Source: Ranitomeya imitator (taxonomy: Eukaryota). Taken from it: 64,000 nucleotides of DNA. Of this stretch, positions 35,925 to 50,130 are shown one piece after another. The stretch is taken from the NCBI RefSeq assembly GCF_032444005.1, contig NC_091285.1, forward strand, positions 13,206,001 to 13,270,000. Direction: 5' to 3'. The stretch's first letter is position 1. Every line of letters begins with the position of its first letter. The translations under genes and the position numbers were made by a program. The notes beneath the pieces were generated by a model. That model was not told the origin of the DNA, searched no databases, and saw only the letters and a program-made list of their open reading frames with translations.

Positions 35925-37451
35925 GTCTTCACCATAGTGGAGTTTGGAGTCAGACTGTTTGAGGGTGTGCACAGGTGTCTTTTTATACTGATAACAAGTT
36001 TAAACAGGTGCCATTACTACAGGTAATGAGTGGAGGAAAGAGGAGACTCTTAAAGAAGAAGTTACAGGTCTGTGAGAGCCAGAAATCTTGATTGTTTCTG
36101 ACCAAATACTTATTTTCCACCATAATATGCAAATAAATTGATAAAAAAAACAGACAATGTGATTTTCTGGATTTTTTTTTCTCAGTTTGTCTCCCATAGT
36201 TGAGGTCTACCTATGATGTAAATTACAGACGCCTCTCATCTTTTTAAGTGGTGGAACTTGCACTATTGCTGACTGACTAAATACTTTTTTGCCCCACTGT
36301 ATATATATATAATCTATCTCACTGACATATCTATACCTATGCTATTCTGTCAGTGTGATTTTACTGTAAACCGCGCTGAATTGCCGGCTTTTCTATAGAG
36401 CACCGCTGCGTATTTCTCGCAAGTCACACTGATGGTCCGTGTGTAATCTGATTTTTCTTGCCCCCATAGACTTTCATTGGCGATTCTCGGCAGAGATACG
36501 CTGACAATCGCAGCATGCAGCGATTTCACTCGGATCCTGAATACGGCCGAGAAAACAACGGATAATAGGAGCTGCCCCATTGATTAACATTGAGCCGAGT
36601 GCTATGCGATTTTTTATCGCATTGCACTCGGCCGTATTACGGTCTAGTATGACTCCGGCCTTATACAGACTTCCTGGTGATGTCCGTGCCCAAACAGTAG
36701 ATGTTTGGTACGAACACCAAACTTTACTGTCCGAGTTTGCCCATCTCTACTCACAACTTAACCCGGTCACCTACTCCCTAACCTCACCACATATATGGTC
36801 CCTAAGCTGTCTCTCCAACCTATTATTAACCTCTGGTGTCTTCCCTTCTGCTTTCAAAAATGCAACAATCACACCTATCCTGAAGAAACAATCCCTTGAC
36901 CCAATCTCTACCGTCCAGTTATTACCCCATATTTCTACTCCCGTTTGCCTCCAATATCCTGGAACACTGAACTTTCCCGCCACCTGTCAAACAACTCACT
37001 ACTTTGCAACCTACAATCTGGCTTCTGTCCCCACCACAGTTTGCCCTAATTAAAATTACAAAGCTTTGTGGGCCTGGATTTGTCTCCTCCTGTACCAGTA
37101 GGTCAATTGTATTGTTTCATGACTATTGTACTTGTTTTTTATGTTTACCCCTTTTCTCATGTAAAGAGCCATGGAATATATGGTCATTGTTATTATTAGA
37201 TAATTCTCTATACTCCTCCTTTTAGAGCTGTCCTTTGCCTTTTACCACTACCTCCTACTCCTTTCTTCTCTTGATATCACAGACCTTGCCCTCTAATGGA
37301 TTTTTCTTTTCCAACTGCACACTTAGCATCTCCCATTTCCATACTACATCCTCATCCTGTCTGTGTCCCTCAAGGCCCCTAGTCCTCATCTATACCTTTG
37401 GCCTGGGTCATAAAGACCCACAGCTTCCAGTACCACCTATACGCTGATGAC

Positions 37452-38558
37452 TAGTGTTGAGCGATGCCGTCCGATACTTGAAAGTATCGGTATCGGATAG
37501 TATCGGCCGATACCCGAAAAATATCGGATATCGCCGATACCGATATCCGATACCAATACAAGTCAATGGGACATCAAGTATCGGAAGGTATTCTCATGGT
37601 TCCCAGGGTCTGAAGGAGAGGAAACTCTCCTTCAAGCCCTGGGATCCATAGGGAGGTGTAAAATAAAGAATAAAAATAAAAAATATTGATATATTTACCT
37701 CTCCGGTGGCCCCTGAACTCAGCGCGGGTAACCGGCAGGCTTCGTTGTTCAAAATCAGCGCTTTTAGGACCTGAGAATCACGTCCCGGCTTCTGATTGGT
37801 CGCGGGCCGCCCATGTGACCGCCACGCGACCAATCACAAGCCGCGACGTCACCGCAAGCTATTGACGCGCTCATTTTTAAAAATGAGCGCGTTAATGGCT
37901 TTGAAAGACATAGCGGCTTGTGATTGGTCGCGTGGCCGCGACCAATCACAAGCCGCGACGTCACCGCAAGCTATTGACGCGCTCATTTTTAAAAATGAGC
38001 GCGTTAATGGCTTTGAAAGACATAGCGGCTTGTGATTGGTCGCGTGGCCGCGACCAATCACAAGCCGCGACGTCACCGCAAGCTATTGACGCGCTCATTT
38101 TTAAAATGAGCGCGTCAATAGCTTGCGGTGACGTCGCGGCTTGTGATTGGTCGCGGCCACGCGACCAATCACAAGCCGCTATGTCTTTCAAAACCATTAA
38201 CGCGCTCATTTTTAAAAATGAGCGCGTCAATAGCTTGCGGTGACGTCACGGCTTGTGATTGGTCGCGTGGCGGTCACATGGGCGGCCCGCGACCAATCAG
38301 AAGCCGGGACGTGATTCTCAGGTCCTAAAAGCGCTGATTTTGAACAACGAAGCCTGCCGGTTACCCGCGCTGAGTCCAGAGGCCGCCGGAGAGGTAAATA
38401 TATCAATATTTTTTATTTTAATTCTTTATTTTACAGATCCCTATGTATCCGATACCGATACCCGATACCACAAAAGTATCGGATCTCGGTATCGGAATTC
38501 CGATACCGCAAGTATCGGCCGATACCCGATACTTGCGGTATCGGAATGCTCAACACTA
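37452..38558. mobile_element. Second copy of the TAGTGTTGAGC MITE, opposite orientation, inserted at the L2 YADD codons
   Basis: Perfect 8-bp TSD CTGATGAC (37444-37451, 38559-38566). Confidence 0.93.
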
Positions 38559-38909
38559 CTGATGACACTCAGATCTACCTCCCTGGCCCAGACGTCACCT
38601 CTCTGCTCCAGAATTTCAAAGTCTCTAACATTTTGATTTGTTACCATCTTTTCAGTTAGCCATTAAAAGGTATCAACCACTGAGGACTCTCAATTCTAAA
38701 TATTTTTCAAGTGTCTATCAGTCATACCCTCCTCATCAAACTTTCTAATGCTCAATGCAGACAAAACCGAACCTATCTTTCCTTCATCACAGTTAGCCCC
38801 CCTAGGGTCCTACCCCATCTATCACTATAAACGGCCTGTACCAAAATTCTGCTGCCTCAGTTTCTACCCTGTCCTTCAAACTCTATATCCAAGCCTCGAC
38901 CACCTCTAA

Positions 38910-39707
38910 AGTTACCTTCACACATTACGATTTCATTAACGATATCGTTGCAACGTCACGCTTTTTGTGACATAGCAACGATCCCGCTAACGAAATCGTT
39001 CTGTGTGACAGCGACCAACGATCAGGCCCCTGCTGGGAGATCGTTGGTCGCTGGGGAATGATCAGGACCTTTTTTTGGTCGCTGATCACCCGCTGGATCA
39101 GCGTGTGTGACGCCGATCCAGCGATGTGTTCACTTGTAACCAGAGTAAATATCGTGTTACTAAGTGCAGGGCCGCGCTTAGTAACCCGATATTTACCATG
39201 GTTACCATTGTAAAAGTAAAAAAAAAAAAAAACAGTACATACTCACATTTCGATGTCTGTCACGTCCCCCGCAGTCAGCTTCCCTGCACTGACTGTCAGC
39301 GCCGGCCGTAAAGCAGAGCACAGCGGTGGCGTCACCGCTGTGCTCTGCTTTACGGCTGGCGCTGACACAGTCAGTGCGGGAAGCTGACGGCGGGGGACGT
39401 GACAGACATCGAAATGTGAGTATGTACTGTTTTTTTTTTTTACTTTTACAATGGTAACCAGGGTAAATATCGGGTTACTAAGCGCGGCCCTGCACTTAGT
39501 AACCCGATGTTTACCCTGGTTACCCGGGGACTTCGGCATCGTTGAAGACAATTTCAACGATGCCGAAGTCGTTCTCCTGATCGTTGGTTGCTGGAGAGCT
39601 GTCTGTGTGACAGCTCCCCAGCGACCACACAACGACTTACCAACAATCACGGCCAGGTCGTATCGTTGGTCGTGATCGTTGGTAAGTCGTTTAGTGTAAC
39701 GGTACCT
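38910..39707. mobile_element. Palindromic MITE (AGGTACCGTCACAC family)
   Basis: Inverted termini and internal hairpins GGTAACCAGGGTAAA...TTTACCCTGGTTACC. Confidence 0.8.
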
Positions 39708-39866
39708 TATCTCGAATTTTTTTTCCCAAATGCCTCCACTCCCAAATCTGCTAAAATGTTACTGTCCCATTAATCCATGTCTCCTCCTGCCAATTCAACT
39801 GGAACTAACAAAAGACCGTCCATAGTCTGTTTCCCCCATACACCTCCAGGTACCTCCCCAGACTAA

Positions 39867-40591
39867 AGGTACCGTCACACTAGACGATATCGCTAGCGAT
39901 CCGTGACGTTGCAGCGTCCTCGCTAGCGATATCGTCCAGTGTGACAGGCAGCAGCGATCAGGCCCCTGCTGTGCTGTCGCTGGTCGGGGAAGAAAGTCCA
40001 GAACTTTATTTCGTCGCTGGATCTCCCGCGGACATCGCTGGATCGGCGTGTGTGACACCGATTCAGCGATGTCTTCACTGGTAACCAGGGTAAACATCGG
40101 GTAACTAAGCGCAGGGCCGCGCTTAGTAACCCGATGTTTACCCTGGTTACCATCCTAAAAGTAAAAAAAACAAACACTACATACTTACCTACAGCCGTCT
40201 GTCCTCCAGCGCTGTGCTCTGCACTCCTCCTGTACTGGCTGTGAGCGTTGGTCAGCCGGAAAGCAGAGCGGTGACGTCACCGCTCTGCTTTCCGGCCGCT
40301 GTGCTCACAGCCAGTGCAGGAGGAGTGCAGAGAAGCGGAGCGCCGGGGACAGACGGCTGTAGGTAAGTATGTAGGGTTTGTTTTTTTTACTTTTAGGATG
40401 GTAACCAGGGTAAACATCGGGTTACTAAGCGCGGCCCTGCGCTTAGTTACCCGATGTTTACCCTGGTTACCGGCATCGTTGGTCGCTGGAGAGCGGTCTG
40501 TGTGACAGCTCTCCAGCGACCAAACAGCGACGCTGCAGCGATCCGGATCGTTGTCGGTATCGCTGCAGCGTCGCTAAGTGTGACGGTACCT
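39867..40591. mobile_element. Palindromic MITE (AGGTACCGTCACAC family)
   Basis: AGGTACCGTCACACT...AGTGTGACGGTACCT; TAA/TTA flanks; near-perfect hairpins. Confidence 0.85.
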
Positions 40592-41648
40592 TTACTCTCC
40601 GTTCCTCACACGAGTCCTCTGCCCTCATACCTTCCTCACCCAATTGCCACCAAAACGTCTCAAGGGCATACTCCATAGTCTACTGAAAATGTTATATACA
40701 CAGATACAATATCTATCCTGTATGTAACCACTTATTCACATGTAAAGACCCCCTGGAATTAAGGGTGCTTTACAAATAAATATTGATGCTATAACATAAC
40801 ACTATATAGGGATATAAAGCGCTATATGGAGGTGTACAGTGCTACATGGGGAGTATACGGCACTATATGGATAACATACAGCAGTATATAGAAACTATAC
40901 AATATATGGATGGAGGGCATACACTGTGAAAATAATTTTTAGGGGATGCCCAGGTCTCAGACGTGCCACTGAACACCTTGTATACCTGTGTCTTGCTCAG
41001 TGGTGGTCGGGCTCAGCCTCCTCACCTCAACAATGTCTCCATGACCCTGAAATATGACAGCAGTGGAATAAAATGGCTTCACGTCTGATTCTTCTCACAT
41101 CCTTGGAAGTTAATCTAAGACTTTTTTCCTTACGTTTATTGAGGTTTATTGCCAGTTCTGTTATCGCACCAATATCTTGCTACTATTAGGAGTGCGGCAC
41201 CCTCTACAAGAACGCTAACAATTTGTGACTTCATAGAGCTTCTTAAATCATTTGGTCATTTTTCATTTGAAAAAAAAAAAATTTAAATTAAGTGCCTAAA
41301 AATTCTGCACACTGATAAAGGGAGGCGGATTTTGAGGCCACACCCCTTATTATACATCACCTGATTTGCTTCATCCAATCAGCATTCAAGATTATACAGC
41401 TTGGAAGTGGAAAATCTGCAAAAATATGTTCAAAATATTAACACTGGACTAATTGTATACAGTATATAGGCAAACCGCAAAATATGGAAGGTATAAGACT
41501 ATGTGGGTATAAAAAACTATATGGGGAGCACAAAGCAATATATAGTGAGTATACAGCACTATATGGGGAGTACATAGCACTAGATGGATGAACGGTATAA
41601 TTTGCTTTATAGCAGTATGCGGCACTATATAGACATACACAGCATTAA

Positions 41649-42017
41649 GGCTCTGTGCACATGTTGCAGATTTCCTGTAGATCTGCAGTGTTTTTTTACG
41701 CTCAGAAACGCTGCAGACCTGCAAGTTATTTAAAGTATAATGTAAATCAATAGCAAAAAAAATGCTGTGCTAATGGTGTGGAAAAATCTGCACGGAAAGC
41801 GCAGCAGATTCAAAAAAGGACCATGCCAATTCTTTTTGCAGATCTGCTGCGTTTCTGCACCTATCCCATAAGAGAAGTCTGCAGGGGTAAAAACGCATGA
41901 ATTCTGCACAAAATCCATAAGAAAAAGGCATCAAATCCGTACCTGCGTTTTCTGCCAAGAGATGCAGAATCCGCACAGAAAATTCCAGAGGCAAATCTGC
42001 ATTGTGTGCACATAACC
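41649..42017. mobile_element. Harbinger-type MITE
   Basis: GGCTCTGTGCACA...TGTGCACATAACC; related to 17232-17637. Confidence 0.72.
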
Positions 42018-42158
42018 TACATGGATGAACATAGTACTATATGGTGGGTATACAGCAATGTGTGTGACCTGCACTATAAGGTGGTATACATGACAGATGA
42101 ATATGTACAGATCACAGCAGAGATCAGCGGCGTCAGCTCTTGTGGTGACGGTGTGGGT

Positions 42159-42174
42159 GGCTCTTAGAAGAGCC
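42159..42174 (-). promoter_or_regulatory. Histone 3' stem-loop (H2A)
   Basis: GGCTCT-TCTA-AGAGCC with ACAAGAGCTG downstream. Confidence 0.95.
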
Positions 42175-42208
42175 TTTGGGTTGTGTGGATAGATGGGATC
42201 AGTGTCGC

Positions 42209-43302
<1,094 letters not shown>

Positions 43303-43333
43303 NNNNNTCCGTGCTCTGCACCCACAACCCAAA

Positions 43334-43349
43334 GGCTCTTCTAAGAGCC
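43334..43349 (+). promoter_or_regulatory. Histone 3' stem-loop (H2B) followed by an H2A-type downstream flank
   Basis: GGCTCT-TCTA-AGAGCC then CACCACAAGAGCC, the H2A-type pattern. Confidence 0.93.
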
Positions 43350-44089
43350 ACCCACCGCATCACCACAAGAGCCGATACCACTAATATCTGGTGTGATGTT
43401 CTGGATGTATGGATTGTATAGCCAAGATTCTGTGTAACATTGTGCTGCACATGGGATATATAGTGGATCAGGCAGTGGGTATAATCCAGTCACTATTGGG
43501 TTAGAACCGGCTGTGACTGCCACTTACTGGTCTGGTGTCCATCCAGTCTTGTACCATCCTTTCCACCAACCTCCATGGTTGTAGTGTGTGGTGAGCCACT
43601 GGAAGGTGACCACACAGCATTAGATGAGTATTTGTAGGTCCTGGTGTGAATACAAGTAAAACGGTCTCAAAAATGGGCACCGAAGGGTGTTAATGAAAGG
43701 GTTACATGACTTTGGGCCACACATCAAACCCAAGTCTCCAGCCTGGCCCAAATGGGCTCTGGGCATCAAAGTAGGCAAAGAGCAGATTTTCACAGGTAGT
43801 GTGAGATAAGTGACTCAAAGTCATTTAACCCCTTAAACAGTTACTTATTCAAATGGCCAAAATCGGTAGTTTGCCCACTTTAGATACCACAACAATTCTG
43901 GTGCCCAGAACCCATTTGGACCAGGCTGTACGGAGCTGGGTTGGATGCAGGGCATCACTGTATTCTTAGCGTGAGATCAGTGACCCAAAGACATACTGAT
44001 AGAGAATTTAGATTGTGAGCCCCAACAATGTGTGCGCTGCAGAATGTTAGCGCTATATAAAAATAAAGATGATTAATTATAAAGCGATT

Positions 44090-44500
44090 TAATAATAATA
44101 ATAATAATAATAATAATTTTTATTTATATAGCGCCAACATATTCCGCAGCGCTTTACAAATTATAGAGGGGACTTGTACATACAATAGACATTACAGCAT
44201 AACAGAAATACAGTTCAAAACAGATACCAAGAGGAGTGAGGGCCCTGCTCGTAAGCTTACAAACTATGAGGAAAAGGGGAGACACGAGAGGTGGATGGTA
44301 ACAATTGCTATAGTTATTCGGACCAGCCATAGTGTAAGGCTTGGGTGTTCATGTAAAGCTGCATGAACCAGTTAATTAATTTTTTTTTTTTTTTAATATA
44401 GGCCACACAGGGATCGTTAGGTTAATGCATTGAGGCGGTAGGCCAGTCTGAACAAATGAGTTTTTAGGGCACGCTTAAAACTGTGGGGATTGGGGATTTA
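44090..44500 (-). mobile_element. L2 3' end with (TAA)n tail
   Basis: (AAT)n then TTTATTTATATAGCGCCAACATATTCCGCAGCGCTTTACA; near-identical to 10141-10330. Confidence 0.82.
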
Positions 44501-44844
44501 ACCCTTTGATTAACACCCTTCAGTGCCCATTTTTGTAGCAGTTTTTTCACATCAGGTCACCTCGCTGCAATGTATGTTATTATTGTGATGCTTATTTTTT
44601 GTTAAACCTATTTAAAAAAAAAAAAAACAAGAAAAAAATTGCTGAATAAAAGAAACCAACTCCAGCATCGTTAGGTTGGCAAAGGGGGTATCATCCTGTC
44701 ATTATTTACAGAGACAAAGAACAAAAAAAAAACCATATTGTGATGTGTGACCCTCATAAATAGCAGTATATACCGCCTTATGATGTAATAGTCACATAGT
44801 GAGGAATCTACAAGATCCCCTCAGTCTGTCAGGAGCCGCCGCCA

Positions 44845-45240
44845 TGACACCACGTGTTACTGAGGAGACCAAAGAGCGGGAGAAACTATCAGCCGTTGGG
44901 CGGGAATTTCATGATCAGCGCTCAGCCAATCAGCACTCAGTAAGGCTAAGGCTCCGCCCATAGTCACTTCCCCGCAGACGTTTGGTGTTAACCCTTTAGT
45001 GTCCGATGTTCCCAGCTCCCGCAGATCAGACTGCAGCCATCCGGGCACCGGGCGATCACCAGCCCCTCCCCCAGCAGCAGGAGCCGCGGCTTCTCCTCTC
45101 ATGTGGGCGGAGCACAGAACTGTTGGGGATTTTGAATTTCCCGCATTTTTTCGCGACGACGTTACATCTAGTCACAGACCTGAGTCCTCCCCGGTGACCT
45201 CCTGCTCGGAACAATGGCGGCGTGAGACCGAGAAATCACT
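44845..45240 (-). other. 'Empty H4' element, copy 2
   Basis: Reverse-complement near-copy of 125-545; junction 45110/45111; upstream flank 45700-45960 matches H4 upstream flank 7255-7500. Confidence 0.82.
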
Positions 45241-45261
45241 GGTCAGGGGAGCAAAGGGTTA

Positions 45262-45705
45262 TATCCTGCTGTATACCCCCATATAGTGCTGTATACCCCC
45301 ATATAGTGCTATATACTCTCCATATCCTGCTGTATACCCCCATATAATGCTATATACTCTCCATATCCTGCAATATACCCCCATATAGTGCTATATACTC
45401 TCCATATCCTGCTGTATACCCCCATATAGTGCTATATACTCTCCATATCCTGCTGTATGCCCCCATATAGTGCTATATACTCTCCATATCCTGCTGTATA
45501 CCCCCATATAGTGTTATTATATACTCTCCATATCCTGCTGTATACCCCCATATAGTGCTATATACTCTCCATATCCTGCTGTATACCTCCATACAGTGCT
45601 ATATACCCTTCATATCCTGCTGTATACCCCCATATAGTGCTATATACTCTCCATATCCTGCTGTATACCCCCATATAGTGCTATATACCCTTTATATCTC
45701 CATAC
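45262..45705. repeat. 41-bp minisatellite, about 10 copies
   Basis: ATATAGTGCTATATACTCTCCATATCCTGCTGTATACCCCC units. Confidence 0.93.
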
Positions 45706-46714
45706 TGTGCTTCTCCATTAATGACAATGTGAGGTTCAGACCTAGAAATAGATCAGTGTTTAATTCATCATTGATCAGGAGCCTCCACTGCTCTGGGGGG
45801 TGAAGGGTGCGTAATATCAGGGGAATATAAGCAAGAAATTGCAGAGAGCTCCGATCAGAACCAGCAGACACTGCTGAAAATTAACAGCCCATCTCTGGCT
45901 ACAACCAGCAGAACACTGGAGCAGACGGCACTAGGACCCAGCGCTCTGGGAGAGAATGGGACCCAGTGAGAGGTGACTGAGCAGGAGCCTCCCATCCCAT
46001 GTAACCTAATGGGATCCTCTAACTTCCCAACATCATTATAAAGTGGAGCCGAAACTGGATCCCATATTCTAGATGTTGCTCTATCGCTCATGAGGCCGCA
46101 TACATTGGGATCGCAGGATTTTCTCCTTATACACCCGAAAATCTTGTTTGCCTTTGCAGCTGCTGCCTGACTTTACTGATATAGCGCCAGGATATTCCTC
46201 AGCCCTTTACATACATTACTGCTGTCCCCAATGGGGCTCAATCTAAATTCCCCATCAGTATTGTCTTTGTAAATGTGGGAGGAAATCGGAGAGAGCCACA
46301 CACGGGGGGAACGTACAAACCCCAGGCAGATTATGTTTTGTTCCATTTATTGTGTATGCATCAATAGTGTCACTCCATCTTAGGTGCATTACTCCTCTAT
46401 CAACATTCTTATTTCCCGAGTGTCTCATTCAGTCATCTTCAGATTATTCTGTAATATTGTACTGTGAGGATCAGATTTTAGTCTACTTAGTTTGGAATTC
46501 GCGAATACTGACTAAATCCCATCCACAAGGTCAATAATGAAAGATATTGAATTAGTCCCAACAGATCCTTGTGGTCCCCAATGCTCCCAGTACAGATCCT
46601 TGTGGTCCCCACTCAAACCAGATCACATTTAGGGAATGTTCTATTTACAACACCCACGTCCCCTGTCTTAAGTTCTTTACCCATCTGAATGGTGTCTAGC
46701 CCCAGCTTCTAGAG

Positions 46715-48707
46715 CAGTGGTTCTCAACCTTTCTAATGCTGTGACCCCGCAATACAGTTCCTCATGTTGCGGTGACCCCCAACCCAAAAAATAATTTTGG
46801 TGGCTACTTTAAAACTGTAATTTTATTAGTTATGATTCGGAATGTAAATATCTGATATGCATTATGTATAGAGGTAATACAGAGATCACTGGTGACATTA
46901 TACACAGGACCTCTATATAGTATACAGTGTATAGTGTCAGTGTATAGGTAACACTGACTCACCAGTGACGTCTCTAGGTGAAGTCCTTCATCTTTCATCC
47001 AGCACAGACCGCCATCATTCCTTCCAGCCAGGACTCGTTTCTGCAGGAAATAACACAGTTATCTAGAGCTCCGCTTGCAGAACACATTACTTAATTTTTC
47101 ACAACTTCTACATTACACCACATGAAGATAAAAAGGCAATATAGTGTCACTCTGCACAGTAACAGGACCGCCCCCCCATTTAAAACAGTATACTCAAAAA
47201 ATAAAATAAATACATCACTGCAGTAATAATATCCCTTAATTATCCCCTATTATGCCTATGGTAACACTATTCCCCACCCTGGCCCCGTTTATCTCATTCC
47301 TGGCTCCAGCCATATGTTCTCGCATCCTGCCCTCATGAGTATCCATTCTACTCCATATGATCTCCCCATCCTGCCCCACCAGCCTCCATCGTATCCGTCC
47401 TGCCCCATGATCCAATCCTGCCCCGTGTCTCCAATCATGCCCCGTATCTACATTCTGCCCATGCCTCAAGTCCTGCCCCCAGTGTGTCCAGCATATTACC
47501 CCCATGTTGTCCAGCAATCTGCCCCAGTGTGTCCAGCATATTACCCCAGTGTGTCCAGCATATTACCCCCAGTGTGTCCAGCAATCTGCCCCAGTGTTCA
47601 GCATTGCCCCAGTGTGTCCAGAAGTCTGCCCCAGGGTCTCCAGCATTGCCTCAATGTGTCCAGAAATCTGCCAAAGGGTCTCCAGTATTGCCCCAGTGTG
47701 TCCAGCAATCTGCCCCATAGTCTCCTGTATTGCCCCAGTGTGTCCAGCAATCTGCCCCATGGTCTCCAGTATTGCCCCAGTGTGTCCAGCATTCTGCCCC
47801 ATGGTCTCCTGTATTGCCCCAGTGTGTCCAGCATTCTGCCCCATGGTCTCCTGTATTGCCCGTGTGTCCAGCAATCTGCCCCATAGTCTCCTGTATTGCC
47901 CCAGTGTCCAGCAATCTGCCCCATGGTCTCCTGTATTGCCCCAGTGTGTCCAGCATTCTGCCACATGGTCTCCTGTATTGCCCCAGTGTGTCCAGCAATC
48001 TGCCCCATGGTCTCCAGTATTGCCCCAGTGTGTCCAGCAATCTGCCCCATAGTAGTCTGCTGTATTGCCCCAGTGTGTCCAGCAATCTGCCCCATGGTCT
48101 CCTGTATTGCCCCAGTGTGTCCAGCAATCTGCCCCATGGTCTCCAGCATTGCCCCAGTGTGTCCAGCAATCTGCCCCATAGTTGTCTCCTGTATTGCCCC
48201 AGTGTGTCCAGCAATCTGCCCCATGGTCTCCTGTATTGCCCCAGTGTGTCCAGCAAACTGCCCCGTGGTCTCCAGTATTGCCCCAGTGTGTCCAGCATTG
48301 CCCCCAGACAGTCAGACATAGAAAAAAAAAAAAAAAAAAAGTAAAATCCTCACCTCTCCCGTTCCTAGCGCAGGTCCGGTGCAGCCAGTCAGCGTCTCTC
48401 CGGCTCTGCGACGCTCAGGACAGAGAGGCAGAGCGGCGCGCACAGTAGTGACGTCATCGCGCCCTCTGCTCTGAGACGTCGCAGAGTCAGAGGACGCTGC
48501 AGCTGCCGGCGCCGCAGGAACCAATAGATGTGAGTATTAGAGCGGGGGGCGGGGCCCGGGGGTAGGGGGAGCTGGCCCTGGTCGTGGCGGCGGACGGCGC
48601 CGCCCGAAGATTTAAAGGGGCGTCTTTTTTTTTTTCTCCCCCCTTCCTACGCCACTGGTGGCGACCCCTGTGCTTTGGTCGTTCGACCCCCAGGTTGAGA
48701 ACCACTG
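46715..48707. mobile_element. hAT-Charlie non-autonomous element
   Basis: TIR CAGTGGTTCTCAACCT; perfect TSD TTCTAGAG (46707-46714, 48708-48715); the empty paralogous site TTCTGGAG lies near 58321. Confidence 0.93.
47480..48300. repeat. ~42-bp minisatellite inside the Charlie element
   Basis: TGTATTGCCCCAGTGTGTCCAGCAATCTGCCCCATGGTCTCC units. Confidence 0.93.
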
Positions 48708-48927
48708 TTCTAGAGCATCTGTACAAGACTCATGAGGTTCATTATCAGGCCATATACATCACATCTGCCACATGACCAATATCCAGATGGCACTTACCTG
48801 GATTAGGCACCAGTGACCAGACTGGTGAGCAACATTTTTTTGCAGAGTTTTTACAGGTAATATCTGATAAGGTCAGTGCAGCAGGACACAGACGAGCAGC
48901 CACAGCTCCGATGTAGACGGGGTGGGT

Positions 48928-48943
48928 GGCTCTTAGAAGAGCC
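48928..48943 (-). promoter_or_regulatory. Histone 3' stem-loop (H2B)
   Basis: GGCTCT-TCTA-AGAGCC. Confidence 0.95.
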
Positions 48944-48974
48944 TTTGGGTTGTGGGTGCAGAGCACTGAGCAGA

Positions 48975-50096
<1,122 letters not shown>

Positions 50097-50130
50097 GCGC
50101 CACTGATCCCATCTATCTACACAACCCAAA

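Larger units (their letters stand above)
33479..36299 (-). mobile_element. Tc1 transposon (~1.6 kb) interrupted by a 1210-bp hAT MITE
   Basis: TA-CAGTGGGGCAAAAAAGTATTTAGTCAG...CCCCACTG-TA, ~200-bp TIRs, transposase ORF. Confidence 0.96.
36740..40790 (+). mobile_element. L2 RT region and 3' end, split by three inserts
   Basis: FPSAFKNATITPILKKQSLDP, FQYHLYADD / DTQIY across a MITE, 3' CTTTACAAATAAA. Confidence 0.85.

Noticed and set aside
43670-44545. 35-bp inverted repeats about 800 bp apart near the array junction as a dedicated inversion switch
   Set aside because: More simply a small palindromic MITE split by an L2 tail; no recombinase-site features
47314-48344. Pro/Cys/Gln-rich 180-220 aa ORFs resembling keratin-associated proteins
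   Set aside because: They come from the ~42-bp minisatellite inside a TSD-flanked Charlie element and are open in all frames
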